From Eledone cirrhosa (Eukaryota): DNA of 64,000 nt. Positions 1 through 12,365 of this stretch are shown piece by piece (position 1 is the stretch's first letter; the number at the start of each line of letters is the position of its first letter). The notes under the pieces were generated by a model. That model saw only the letters and a list, made by a program, of their open reading frames with translations, was not told the origin of the DNA and did not search any database. The DNA lies in contig OZ024755.1 of NCBI GenBank assembly GCA_964016885.1, positions 38,006,001 through 38,070,000 on the forward strand. Reading direction: 5' to 3'. Both the position numbers and the translations under genes were made by a program.

Positions 1-278
1 TTCATTATACATATTTCAAGGATACCATGTTAAATTATGGTATGTCTTCATCAGATAAAATACAATATATACCAGTTTTATAAATAAACATTGACGTACC
101 CTTTCAAAATGCGACCGTTACTTTTTCTTTTGGAAGACATCAGGATGTCTTCCAAAAGTAACGGTCGCATTTTGAAAGGGTACGTCAATGTTTATTTATA
201 AAACTGGTATATATTGTATTTTATCTGATGAAGGCATACCATAATTTAACATGGTATCCTTGAAATATGTATAATGAA
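1..278. repeat. Fold-back palindrome (arms about 135-140 bp, centre 142-143, runs off the window start) with a hammerhead core in each arm
   Basis: 1-141 is the near-perfect reverse complement of 144-278, with one small indel near 121-127. Confidence 0.95.
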
Positions 279-281
279 ATA
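217..281 (+). ncRNA. Type I hammerhead ribozyme-like motif; mirror copy on the - strand at about 1-62
   Basis: Stem I tattttat(217-224)/atgaaata(274-281); CTGATGA 225-231; stem II agg-c-ataccat/atggtat-cct; GAAA 262-265; minimal near-palindromic stem III TATGTA; UH = TA 272-273. Confidence 0.7.
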
Positions 282-408
282 GATATGGTTTTATAAATAT
301 AGTTTCCATTTATTAATATCGTATATTTACTCCAAATACTTGTTGTGTGCTTTATATCAGTTATAAAAATATTTGCTTGTTGTATCCCAACAATTTAAAT
401 AGAACTTT

Positions 409-449
<41 letters not shown>

Positions 450-485
450 TGTGTATGTATATATATATATATATATATAATATAT

Positions 486-950
486 GTCGGGTCACTCTTG
501 AGTGCTACTGGTAACATGTAACCCAGTACAACCTGTCGCATGGTCAGGTCATTGGCGACTAAACCAGCAACCCCACCAAGTTTACTTGGTGAGGAGGGTG
601 ATTTTGGACACCCTGCAAGACAAAACACAAAACCTGACAAAGGGCGGAAGAACTGATAAGAGTCAATGGCCATCCAAAAGTGTGAAAATATGTATATACA
701 CATGTACCGCGCAGTTAAACCACTGGGATTGAAGGACTCTTAGCCTTTGTCAGGGCATTCTTATAGGAGAAGGCAACTCAGGAAACTGGGATAACTCCGA
801 TATAAAACCTGTGGCTCAGTAGTTACCGATGATGTTGATCTTTTCTTCTTTTTGGGTTATAGCTACTGTTGCTCAGAGAGTGGGATTGGCTCAGTGCACA
901 GTCTTTCCTCACTTTAAAAAATATCTTCACGCACAGGCATTGCACGATAG
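486..950 (+). mobile_element. GC-richer interspersed repeat between (TA)n and (TAA)n tracts, class unresolved (possibly a non-LTR 5' region or SINE)
   Basis: The segment aaagggcggaagaactgataagagtcaatggccatcca recurs in diverged form at about 28590-28628. Microsatellite-flanked. Confidence 0.4.
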
Positions 951-1227
951 AATTAATTAATAATTATTAATAATGGTATAGCATGCAATGGCCATACTCG
1001 ATAACGAGGGGGCAGCCATCATATATAATATATATGTGTATGTATATATATATATATCATCATCATCATCATCATTTTAGGTCCGCTCTTCCCTGCTCGC
1101 GTTTGTATGTATGTGTATATATGTATGTATGTATGTATGTGTATATATGTATGTATGTATATATGTATGTATATATATATGTGTATGTATGTATATGTAT
1201 GTATATGTATGTATGTATATATGTATG

Positions 1228-1264
<37 letters not shown>

Positions 1265-1287
1265 GTATGTGTATAATTGTATGTATT

Positions 1288-1341
<54 letters not shown>

Positions 1342-1525
1342 ATGATCTGTCTGAACTACTTGATACAATGCTAGCTGATATAGATGAGTTGTCATTGGAA
1401 CAACTTTTACTCATTTCCGGGAATGTTCGTTTTTACAACTTCAAAACCTGTTTGCTATTTCACCGAATCAAAATATGCAGATGTGTGTGTGTATATATCT
1501 ATCTATCTATCTATCTATCTATATA

Positions 1526-2300
1526 CCACTTTGGAAGAAGAATCAGGATGGAGAGAGAGGTGCTGCACCCCAGCAAGTTTTATGAAAGGTGGGTGAAAGT
1601 GGCGAGAATGGCCCGAGTGAATGGGCCTTCTCTCTATATCAGCCTGTAGGTTGAGGAAAAGGAGGAGAGGAAAGGCGTACAAACTCTTCGTACTCCTGGA
1701 GTTGAGGGTTTCACATTTTTTCGGGGGTATGTGTTACCCATATAAACTGTCTCCCCCTATTGGGGAAAATCGACTAACTTTTTTAATTGCATTTGTGATA
1801 ACATTTTACACGTTTTTATTGTATGTAAACTTCCCCCTTTGTATTTGTCCCCTTCTTTTGTGCCCCTGTGGCTAATAAAGAAACATATCTATCTATCTAT
1901 ATATCTATCTATCTATCTATCTATCTATCTCTATATATATCACTTTAAAAGGAGAATCAGAGTGGAGAGAGAGGCAGTGCACCCCAGTAAATTTACTGAA
2001 ATGTGGGTGAATGAAGTGAAAATGACCCTAGTGATTGGGCCTTCTCTGTATATAAACCTGTAGGTTAAAGAAGAGAGCAAAAGGAAGAAGGGAGCACTTT
2101 CACAACACTCTCCTGAAGTTGAGGGTTGTTCTATCTACGGGGTATTAAACAACCCATTTGTAATGCCTCCCCCGTATTGCAGATTTCGATTGTTGTATTT
2201 GTTTGTTTTATATTTTTTACACGACTGTATGTAAAATCGCCAGCATATCTTTGTATTGTCCCCTTTTCTTGTGTGCCCTTGTGGCAAATAAAGAAATCTA
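1526..2300 (+). mobile_element. Two head-to-tail 3' ends (about 1526-1885 and 1941-2300) of an L1/Tx1-like non-LTR element in (ATCT)n
   Basis: Both encode HF.RRIR.ERE..HPSKF.E.WV....GPSLYI.L*, then a similar 3' UTR, AATAAAGAAA and an (ATCT)n tail. Clade assignment is tentative. Confidence 0.55.
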
Positions 2301-3027
2301 TCTATCTATCCCTCTCTCTCTCTCTATATATAGATATGATTATATGTGTGTGTGTGTATATGTGTATATACATATACACACACACACATATATATATATG
2401 TGTGTGTGTGTGTGTATATGTATATACACATACACACACACACATATAATCACATATCCCCTATTTTATGGGGAAGGCCTATTTTTGCCTATTTGTCCCC
2501 CTTCCTCTCTCTATTCTCATTCTCCCTCTCTCTCAACCTTTCTCCCTCTGTATTACCCTATTCTAATTTCCTCTCCTCTTTTACCATCTCCCATCTCTCA
2601 GTCTTTTCTATATCTCTCTCTCTCTTACGTACACCTCTCCTTCTCTCTCTCTCTCTCTCTCTCCCTCTGCATCTCTCTCTCTCTCCCCACCTTCCAGTCT
2701 CTCCCTCTCTCTCCCCCACCTTCCAGTCTCTCCCTCTCTCTCCCCCACTTTCCAGTCTCTCCCTCTCTCCCCCCCCCCATCATTCTATTTCCTCTGTGTA
2801 TGTGATAGCAGGAGAGAAGAAGGACACAACTATTTCATATGTGAACGATGCCAACTAGAGATGATAAATACTTGTTATTGTTGTGGCTATTGTTGTTGTT
2901 ATATGATTAATTAGACCAGTAAAAGTGTTTAAAACATTTGCGGTTATTAACAATACAATAAAATACAATAGAGTTATGAAGACTTCTGTGAAGCACTTAT
3001 AGCAGCAATAACAACAACAACAATAAT

Positions 3028-3968
3028 AATTGTTTCTACTTTTGGCACAAGGCCAGCAATTATCCCAGTGTATTACTGGTACTTTATTTTATCGAGCCCA
3101 TAAGGATGAAAGGCAAAGTTAACCTCGGTGGGATTTGAACTCAGAATGGCAAGGGCCGTAACTCTATGCGTCAAAGCATGGCATTCGACTCTCTACCAAT
3201 ACTGCCAATCCACCCCTTAACATATAATTGTTTCTACGCTAGGCACAAGGCCAGCAATTACCCCAGTACATTACTGGTACTTTATTTTATCGAGCCCGTA
3301 AGGATGAAAGGCAAAGTTAACCTCGGCGGGATTTGAACTCAGGCCGTTAAGGGACGTAACTATGCTCCACTTTTGGCACAAGGCCAGCAATTATCCCAGT
3401 GTATTACTGGTACTTTATTTTATCGAGCCCATAAGGATGAAAGGCAAAGTTAACCTCGGCGGGATTTGAACTCAGAATGGCAAGGGCCGTAACTCTATAT
3501 CTCAAAATGATAATTCCTGATTTTGGCACAAGACCAGCTATTTGTTTTTAGGGAAAGTAAAGATGAGTATATCATCCGTAGTATTTGACTGATATTATAT
3601 TTTAAAATCAGGAATTATCATGTTGACGTATAGAGTTACGGCCCTTGCCATTCTGAGTTCAAATCTCGCTGAGGTTAACTTTGCCTTTCATCCTTACGGG
3701 GTCAATAAAATAAAGTACCAGTAATGCACTGGGTAATTGCTGGCCTTGTGCCTAGCGTAGAAACAATTATATGTTAAGGGGTGGATTGGCAGTATTGGTA
3801 GAGAGTCGAATGCCATGCTTTGACGCATAGAGTTACGGCCCTTGCCATTCTGAGTTCAAATCCCGCTGAGGTTAACTTTGCCTTTCATTCTTACGGGGTC
3901 GATAAAATAAAGTACCAGTAATACACTGGGATAATTGCTGGCCTTGTGCCAAAAGTAGAAACAATTAT
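3028..3968. mobile_element. Cluster of five tRNA-derived SINE copies (three -, two +) forming a large inverted repeat
   Basis: A-box-like tggcagtattggtagag, B-box gagttcaaatccc, core gcctttcatccttacggggtcgataaaataaagtaccagt, and tail gccttgtgccaaaagtagaaacaatta. Confidence 0.9.
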
Positions 3969-5066
3969 ATTTTATCAACTCCAGGCGACCATACGTCAGG
4001 AAACTCCTTCATTACTTCATCTCATTTTGTTCTGTTTGTAGCTATGGCAATGATTGCCTCTCTTTCTTCTGTTGCTTCATCTATATATACATTTCTGTGA
4101 TTCTGTCACAACATGTAAAGAGAGAGGAGTAGTTTGACTACCTCATACTACTACTCTCTCTTTACATCTGCTGTCTGTGTGAATGTATGTGTGTGTAAAA
4201 CGAAGGAAGGGGGTGGTGAAAAAACTATAGCAAAATAGTGGCTAGCATTCTATTTGTCATGCTGTGTGTGTGTGTGTGTGTGTTTGTGTGAATGTATGTG
4301 TGTGTTTGTGTGAATGTATGTGTGTGTTTGTGTGAATGTATGTGTATTTGTGTGAATGTATGTGTGTGTTTGTGTGAATGTATGTGTGTTTATGTGAATG
4401 TATGTGTGAGTGTATTTGTATGTGTGAGTGAATGTATGTGTGTGTGTATTTTTGAAAGTGTGTACTCATACATATAAATGTATGTACATACACACATATA
4501 AATATATATATATTTAAATGTATGTATATGCACATACACACATGCACACACATATACACATACACGTCAGCATGTTGAAAAGATTGTAGTGTCTAAAATA
4601 ATTTCAAATATTTTCTGAGTCAAACTAAACCTATGCTTATTACTATCTCTGTTTAAACATTAAAATAATGTTTAATACTCTTCACGGAGACAATGTTAAT
4701 TTTATCTATTTGTATTTCACTAATTTTTGGCACTAAGGGAATCTGTAAAATGAAAGCCTGAGTTTATGTTGTGAGTTAATGAATTCCATATTCTTCAGTT
4801 TATTTCTGGGTATTTGGCAGACATTGTCTCTTGATAAATTAATAGCTGCCAGATGCCGGTGAAAAGAGAGGAAAATACAAATGAAATTTAAATATGATTA
4901 ATAGTTATGAGAAATAGTTTTAGATGAAAGCATCCTTTCTAAGAAAATTGATGACTTATTAGGATGTTGGAGATAGAGGGAGAAATTTGGATGTCAGTTG
5001 TGATGAAAGGTGAAAGTTATACATACATCTCTAAGAAAGAAAGATGATTGTAAGACTTCTTCTTTG

Positions 5067-5428
5067 TTCAGATGGCATTTTTGACCTCTTGATTGAACCA
5101 AGGCTTATTTTTGGCTACAAAAATAAGCCACTATATCTAGCTATTGGTGACCTAGAAAAAGTGTTTGACAGAGTACCCCAGTCTATTAATTGGTGGTCCT
5201 TAAGTAAAATTAGGTTAGAAGAATGGTTGGTGAGAGCAGTGCAAGTCATTTACAGAGGAGCTGTCAGCAGTGAGAGTAGGGAATGAGTTTAGTGAGGAGT
5301 TCAATTCTTAGCCCAGTTTTTCAGGCCATAACAGAGGAGTTTAAAACCAGCTGCCCATGGGAACTTCTCTATGCAGATGATCTGGTCCTTATAGCAGAGT
5401 CTATTAAAGACTTAGAAAACAAGTTCAA
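5067..5428 (+). pseudogene. Decayed RTE-clade LINE reverse-transcriptase fragment
   Basis: KNKPLYLAIGDLEKVFDRVP...WWSLSK...EEWLVRAVQ, then CPWELLYADDLVLIAES (YADD motif near 5370), with stops and deletions. Confidence 0.85.
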
Positions 5429-5531
5429 CAAACATTGTGTGCATATGTAGCCACTCTCTTGGACTTTTCTGAAGCGCTTCATAAAAGTCCAAGAGATCGG
5501 TTACCTATACACAATGTCTGTATATGTATGA

Positions 5532-5562
<31 letters not shown>

Positions 5563-5564
<2 letters not shown>

Positions 5565-6129
5565 TAAAATTGCAAGTTTGAAGAACTATTAGGTAAAATA
5601 TATACAGTCTTTCCTTCCTGAGTCCGTAGAAATCAACCACATAAAAAATCATTTAAATGAGGCTATAAGTTTAAAATGTAACTATGAAGAAATAATAGAC
5701 AAATGATACAGACTATTTTCCGCGAGGGACAGTCAGATACAATTTATCTAGTCATTCCTTTTAGCCCGTAATCCAGGATCGGATATATCCGCAAAAAAGG
5801 AACGAAACTGCCAGCAGTCGGGACTAGAGGAATTTTGGTAAAGTTTATATACATTTTTTCTTCTAACTTATATTTTAGACCTAACTCCGTTTAGTTGATT
5901 ATTTGTCTAGTCAATTTCTACAGGCTAAAAGGAATAACTAGATACATTTTATCTGACTGTCCATCGCAGAAAATAGTCTGTATCATTTGTCTATTATTTC
6001 TTCATAGTTACATTTTAAACTTGTAGCCTCATTTAAATGATTATTTATGTGGTTGATTTCTACGAACTAGGGTGAAGAAAGATTGGATATATTTTATCTA
6101 ATAATTCTTCAAACTTGCAATTTTATATA
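5563..6129. mobile_element. Fold-back/MITE-like element with about 200-bp diverged inverted arms next to (TA)n
   Basis: tataaaattgcaagtttgaagaa...ccttttagcc (5563-5766) is mirrored by ggctaaaagg...ttcttcaaacttgcaattttata (5923-6127). Confidence 0.8.
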
Positions 6130-6232
6130 TAGCTCTGATTAATAATTATTTTCTTTGATTGAGCCACACCATGAAAGGTAGCCACACTCGTATATGTATC
6201 TGTGACTATGTCTAAATATATACATATATCCC

Positions 6233-6269
<37 letters not shown>

Positions 6270-6270
<1 letters not shown>

Positions 6271-6468
6271 AATAAATTATCGAGAATTGGAACTTCGGCC
6301 CATGAAATAACGAAAAAACAATCTTCGAAATGTGCGGCAAAGTGCTCAATGGTTCGGATAAACCAGAGCTATAACTAACATTTAATACCAACACACTGAG
6401 ACGATGCTTAAACAATCATTCGCACAGCCAAAAATCCGACCAAGAAAATTCGGGTCAAACAAATAAAA
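6270..6468. repeat. Unclassified dispersed repeat of about 200 bp beside (TA)n; second copy at about 14363-14558
   Basis: aaataaattatcgagaat...gaaaattcgggtca.acaaataaa is present twice in the same orientation. Confidence 0.8.
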
Positions 6469-6495
6469 ATATATATGAATATATATATATATATA

Positions 6496-6669
6496 CTGGT
6501 AAAATTCCGTTATAATGAATACCATTATAATTAATTTTCAGTATAACAAAATCTTTTTCAATCCCCGGCCACATGCTCGATGTGTTAGGTCGATCTCGTT
6601 ATAAAGAATTTTTCGTTACAACAAATTTTTTTAAAATCCCATGGATTTCGTTATAATGAAATTTCACCG
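6496..6669. mobile_element. Tc1/mariner-type MITE
   Basis: Imperfect TIRs ctggtaaaattccgttataa / ttataatgaaatttcaccg, flanked by TA. Confidence 0.6.
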
Positions 6670-7092
6670 TATATATTTTTATATATATATTTATATATAT
6701 ATATATATCATCATCATCATTTTACGTCTGCTTTTCCCTGCTTGCAAGGGTGGGACGGGAACTGATTCTGGCTTCATTTCTACAGCTGGATGCCCTTCCT
6801 AACACCAACCTCATTTACAGTGAGTGCTGGGTGCTTTTTTTTTTCCGTGGCGCCTACACGTCCACTTTACAGTGTGGGCTGGGTACTTTTTTGCCGTGAC
6901 ACCTCCACAACCACTTTGCAGTGGAACGATAGGGGCCGCAGTCCCTATCATCTCATTTCTACAGCTGAGAAAACTGGAGCAATGTGAAATAAAGTGTCTT
7001 GCTCAAGGAAACAACACATCACCCGGTCTGAGAATTGAACTCGCAATCTTTCGATTGCAAGGCCAATGCTCTAACCACTAAGCCATGTGCCT

Positions 7093-7166
<74 letters not shown>

Positions 7167-7574
7167 TACTTTGCATTCCTACTTGTTACCAAGACTACCC
7201 AACGGTTTTCTTAATTTCCCTTTTCATTTTCGTTTGTTTTGTTTTTTTATCTCCTTACTGGACCTTTTTTCTGTTTCTCCTTTGTGACCCTGTCTCTATT
7301 TTGTACTCCTGAAGAAGGGCTCAAGCCCAACAAGCCTTTCCAATATAAAGCATGAAATTAATAAGACTTTTTGTATTTTTGTACTTCTGTTTGTTGTCTC
7401 CTTCAACTATTTCTATGCCAACACAGGAGCGAGAACGAGGGGCTCATTCTACTGACATGGCTTATAGAGGCAGTTTGCATAATTGCAAATGAATCGAATA
7501 TTATTATTAATATTCGGAAACCTCAGATAACATTTATATATATATATATAATGGATATTTTTCTTTCAACTTAG

Positions 7575-7649
7575 ATAAAGCACCAGTTAAGGGCTGTCAG
7601 GACAAGGCAGGGGATTCAACAGCAACAAACATAAATATATCAACACCAG
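7575..7649 (+). CDS. Putative internal coding exon of the SORBS/CAP-family gene (75 nt, phase 1-1): (D)KAPVKGCQDKAGDSTATNINISTP(G)
   Basis: Pyrimidine-rich acceptor tttttctttcaacttAG and strong donor CAG|GTAAGT. No stop in frame. Its terminal G joins GT of the 15329 exon to give ...STPGVWKPG. Confidence 0.6.
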
Positions 7650-7682
7650 GTAAGTTTTGAATAATATCAGTGAATAGTTGTT

Positions 7683-9100
7683 GTGGCCTTGACCTATGTA
7701 GCCTTGACCTATGTAGCCTTGACCTATGTAGTCTTGACCTATGGGGCGTTGATCTATGTGGCCTTGACCTATGGGGCGTTGATCTATCTAGCCTTGATCT
7801 ATGTGGCCTTGACCTATGTAACCTTGACCTATGTGGCCTTGATCTATGTGACCTTGATCTATGTAGCCTTGACCTATGTAGCCTTGACCTATGTAGCCTT
7901 GACTTATGTGGCCTTGATCTATGTAGCCTTGACCTATGTAGCCTTGATCTATGTAGCCTTGACCTATGGGGCGTTGACCTATGTAGCCTTGACCTATGGG
8001 GCGTTGATCTATCTAGCCTTGATCTATGTGGCCTTGACCTATGTAGCCTTGACCTATGTAGCCTTGACCTATGTAGCCTTGATCTATGTAGCCTTGACCT
8101 ATGGGGCGTTGATCTATCTAGCCTTGACCTATGTGGCCTTGATCTATGTAGCCTTGACCTATGTAGCCTTGACCTATGTAGCCTTGATCTATGTAGCCTT
8201 GACCTATGTAGCCTTGATCTATGTAGCCTTGACCTATGTAGCCTTGACCTATGTAGCCTTGACTTATGTGGCCTTGATCTATGTAGCCTTGACCTATGTA
8301 GCCTTGATCTATGGGGCGTTGACCTATGTAGCCTTGACTTATGTGGCCTTGACCTATGTAGCCTTGATCTATGTAGCCTTGATCTATGTAGCCTTGACCT
8401 ATGTAGCCTTGACCTATGGGGCGTTGACCTATGTAGCCTTGACCTATGTAGCCTTGATCTATGTAGCCTTGACCTATGTGGCGTTGATCTATCTAGCCTT
8501 GATCTATGTGGCCTTGACCTATGGGGCGTTGATCTATCTAGCCTTGACCTATGTGGCCTTGACCTATGTAGCCTTGATCTATGTAGCCTTGACCTATGTA
8601 GCCTTGACCTATGTAGCCTTGATCTATGTAGCCTTGACCTATGTAGCCTTGACTTATGTGGCCTTGATCTATGTAGCCTTGACCTATGTAGCCTTGATCT
8701 ATGTAGCCTTGACCTATGGGGCGTTGATCTATCTAGCCTTGATCTATGTAGCCTTGATCTATGTAGCCTTGACCTATGGGGCGTTGATCTATGGGGCGTT
8801 GACCTATGTAGCCTTGATCTATGTGGCCTTGACCTATGTAGCCTTGACCTATGTAGCCTTGACCTATGTAGCCTTGATCTATGTGGCCTTGATCTATGTA
8901 GCCTTGATCTATGTAGCCTTGATCTATGTAGCCTTGATCTATGTGGCCTTGACCTATGTGGCCTTGATCTATGTAGCCTTGACCTATGTAGCCTTGACCT
9001 ATGTAGCCTTGACCTATGTAGCCTTGATTTATGTAGCCTTGACCTATGTGGCCTTGACCTATGTGGCCTTGACCTATGTGGCCTTGATCTATGTGGCCTT
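7683..9100. repeat. 15-bp minisatellite (GCCTTGAYCTATGTR), about 94 copies
   Basis: Direct periodicity; it explains the LDLCS and VALTY ORFs. Confidence 0.98.
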
Positions 9101-9289
9101 CATCATCTCTGTTTAAGAAGATCTACAGTAGGGGGCGTGGTTAACCTACAGCACATGGAGATATATTATTGGCATGCAGGAGATATTTTTTGTTAGGGAT
9201 CTTACAAAAAATAGAAAAATTGGTAACCTTTAAACTTTTATCTGTGACCTCAGTAGTGGATACATGGGCTCAGCAATACCCTTTTTTAA

Positions 9290-9503
9290 CCCTTTAACCC
9301 TTTAACCATTACTCTATATATACTATCGTATTTTCATAGTAAACACTTTATTTCACATTATTATCTCACATAATCTCAAATCTATGAGATTTTGATATTA
9401 TTTATTTTGAGAACAATACCTTAACATCAGTATGCTCAGTTGGTTACAGTTGGTTTGAACGAAAAGAGGTGAGAGAATCCTGACTGGTTTGAATGTTAAA
9501 GAG
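9290..9503 (+). mobile_element. piggyBac-type MITE family A, decayed copy
   Basis: TTAA-CCCTTT start; colinear with the intact copy at 20792-21012. Confidence 0.7.
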
Positions 9504-9760
9504 ATATAAATAACTTTTGGTAGTAAAAGACAGGCTAAAAGAAATACCCATTGTCAGGGTGACAATGGGTATTATTTTGAGCTCTGACCTTTCAGGTATT
9601 GTATGTAATTAACATATCAAAGACACTAGACAGTGACAATTTCCTAGTCAAGATGGTCACAATGTGAAATATCTGCTGTTTTCTGTTATTGTCATTGTCT
9701 CAGCAGATATAAAGTGGCAGTATGTAATTTGATCTGCTTCTGTCCCTAAAGTCTCTATAC

Positions 9761-10052
9761 CAGGTATGGGCAACCTTTTTCAAGAAGCGGGCCACATGAG
9801 ATATGACTCATCATCAGGCGGGCCGCAAGCGCTAATTTACATTCGTGCCCACATTAAAAACAAAGGGCAGAAACTCAGGTTGTTTTGATTTGTTTCTTCA
9901 GAATTCCTACACATTGTTTTCCTCGATCGCAAAAATGATAGAAAGGTAAATTATGACTGAAAAGTTTGGGTAAAAAAATCAGAAATATTTCACTCTGGTG
10001 ACTTAGGTGAGTTATTCAGAAAGCTTTGCGGGCCGCAGGCTGCCCATGACTG
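9761..10052. mobile_element. hAT (Charlie-like) MITE
   Basis: TIRs caggtatgggcaacc / ggctgcccatgactg, subterminal gcgggccgc motifs, degenerate 8-bp TSD ctctatac/gtttaaac. Confidence 0.75.
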
Positions 10053-10172
10053 GTTTAAACAGTGACCATTTGCTGGTCAATATGTGATATGTATTACTTT
10101 GATCCCTGAGTTTACCACTGTTGTCTATCATTAACATTCTATCATCAACTACTCTAAACAGACTTCTTTTAA

Positions 10173-10501
10173 CCCTTTAGCATATCCGGCCAGAATTCTC
10201 TCACCTCTTACTGTTCGAACTGGTCATAACTGGCTGCTCATACTTATGTTAAGATATTGTTCTCAAAATAAATAATATCAAAATCTCATAGATTCGATAT
10301 TATGTGGGATATTGTGTGAGGTAAAGCCTTTACTGTGAAAATACATAAGTAAACATAAAGTAATCATCATCATCATCATCACCATTTTACGTTGATGTCT
10401 CCACTAGTATGGGTTAGACGGTTGTCCTGTTGCGGGCAAATTCAGGTCAGGTGAGTGTGTCTTGCTCATACAGGACTGATTGTAATGTAAATGGTAAAGG
10501 G
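10173..10501 (-). mobile_element. piggyBac-type MITE family A in reverse orientation, with an RTE-tail insertion (about 10362-10480)
   Basis: TTAA on both sides and CCCTTT/AAAGGG termini; reverse complement of 20792-21012. Confidence 0.75.
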
Positions 10502-10933
10502 TTAACACTGAATCAAGTACTCTAACAAACTTCTTTAAGAAGTTTGTTCCAAACATTTTTGTTCTCTTTCTCCATAAAATAATTTGTAAAAATGCAAATG
10601 AATGATAATCTGCTGCTCAAAATTCTTATTGGCAGAAAACAATTCTATTTTTCTCCATCAGCAAATGTACAATCTTGTATGCTTACTTAAAGATTCCTTC
10701 ATCACCAATTTGATAAGTGTGGTGAAGATTGTTTTGTTGATGAGACCAAAACAAGTCCAGCATTATTTCCCATACATTCCGGGGGAAATGAAAAACATAG
10801 TCAACATTGATTAACATATTTTTCTAATTAGTGTTTTAATTTACACTGCCTTACCTAATTTTCTTGTAGATATTTGGAATTTTATAATTGTATTTTTGCT
10901 CTATCCACTGAGATAATTGCCCAGTCCTCTCTT

Positions 10934-11260
10934 TCTACGTATACATATACACACGTTTTTCTACATATACATACACACACGTTTTTCTACATATACATAC
11001 ACACACGTTTTTCTACATATACATACACACACGTTTTTCTACATATACATACACACACGTTTTTCTACATATGCATACACACACGTTTTTCTACATATAC
11101 ATACACACACGTTTTTCTACATATACATACACACACGTTTTTCTACATATACATACACACACGTTTTTCTACATATACATACACACACGTTTTTCTACAT
11201 ATACATACACACACGTTTTTCTACATATACATACACACACGTTTTTCTGCATATACATAC
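10934..11260. repeat. 26-bp minisatellite (ACATATACATACACACACGTTTTTCT), about 12 copies
   Basis: Direct periodicity. Confidence 0.95.
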
Positions 11261-11508
11261 AACCTTCTAGCACACTTACCCATTTCTGTTTATAAGCGTT
11301 ACTCAACTATGCTAGAACCAACAACCAACCTCATTGCGATTGCTTGACCAGCCAAATCTTTCTCAGATCAGATCCTACAGTGTTTAATTAAAAGAAAACT
11401 GTGAATAGTGTAGTCCTTGATATGCCACATCTGAATAAAAGATAGGATGGTCATGGCTGGAGTTTCTTTGACTGTAGGTCTGCTTGATCAAGGCTTACTT
11501 GTGTCTAA

Positions 11509-12075
11509 CCCTTTAGTGTTCAAACCGCCTGAAATCACCTGAAATTATTTCCCCTTCATTTGTTCAAACCGCCTGAAATTGCCCACACTAAAAAATCATT
11601 CTAAAAAAATAAAATAAAACCATCATCAAAATCTCGTCAATTCGAGATTACTGAGAGATTAGGCCATTACCGTGAAAATTAACACTTAATATAGTGAAAC
11701 AACTTAAAACAACAAGTGTTTTTTTAACTTTGAAAGTACAACAAATTTTTTTTTTTATTCAACATGGCTTGTGAAAGTAGCGATACCGACTTTGAAGGTT
11801 TTACACACGACGACATTCAGAATAAACAAGAAACAAACAATAATATTAGTGATTTATCTTCAAATGAATCTGATGTTTATATTTCTGAAATTTCGTCCGA
11901 TGATGATTGTTTTGAAAGTGAAAATGAAGAAGATCTCCAGGGCACCATTGAAAATATTACAGCAACGTGGTTGAAAAATACCACACTAATATATGTTCCC
12001 GATTTTATTCAAAATACTGGTCCACAACACACACATTAGCTCTTGATGCTAAAGCACTGGATTATTTCTTTTGGA
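11509..12075 (+). pseudogene. 5' end of a piggyBac transposon with a truncated transposase N-terminus (ORF 11764-12039)
   Basis: CCCTTT terminus with repeated ttcaaaccgcctgaaat subterminal motifs. Acidic N-terminus (SDTDFEGF...SSDDD) then W...VPDF...GP and frameshifted LDAKALDYF, as in PGBD-type transposases. Confidence 0.7.
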
Positions 12076-12365
12076 AACACTGGAACACTGGATTAGTGAT
12101 CCTTATATATCAAGTATTATGCCGAAAACAACGTATTTAAAATTATACCAGTATTTGCACCTGGTTGATACTTCAAATGCTCCTATTAATTAATTTCACC
12201 TGCCCATAAAAGTCAAATTTGACCAAAAAAGTCAGGTAAAATTATATAATTGTAAATTATTGATATTTAAACATCTACTGACAAAATTTCAAGCCTGCAC
12301 ATAGAAAATTAAAAAAATTACAAACAAATAAAATTGATAACCCTCTTGAGTATGATTAACTGAAA

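Noticed and set aside
486-570. Possible HDV-like or twister ribozyme at the head of the GC-rich repeat (gtcgc/gcgac stem followed by TAAACCAG)
   Set aside because: I could not fit P3/L3/P1.1 or the twister core with correct spacing; a covariance-model search would be needed.
3775-3870. tRNA gene candidates (A and B boxes)
   Set aside because: They are heads of multi-copy SINEs, run into SINE core sequence, and no cloverleaf was evident.
5563-6129. Possible hammerhead in this fold-back (CTGACTG...GAAA)
   Set aside because: The core is not CUGANGA and no consistent stems I and II could be drawn.
7309-7330. CTGAAGA-a-gggc-tcaa-gccc half-hammerhead
   Set aside because: GAAA and the UH/stem I half are missing; at most a truncated relic of the same element class.
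7670-9196. 508-aa LDLCS-repeat ORF resembling a pentapeptide or leucine-rich repeat protein
   Set aside because: It is the translation of a 15-bp minisatellite that is open in two frames, begins just after a splice donor, and has no unique domain.
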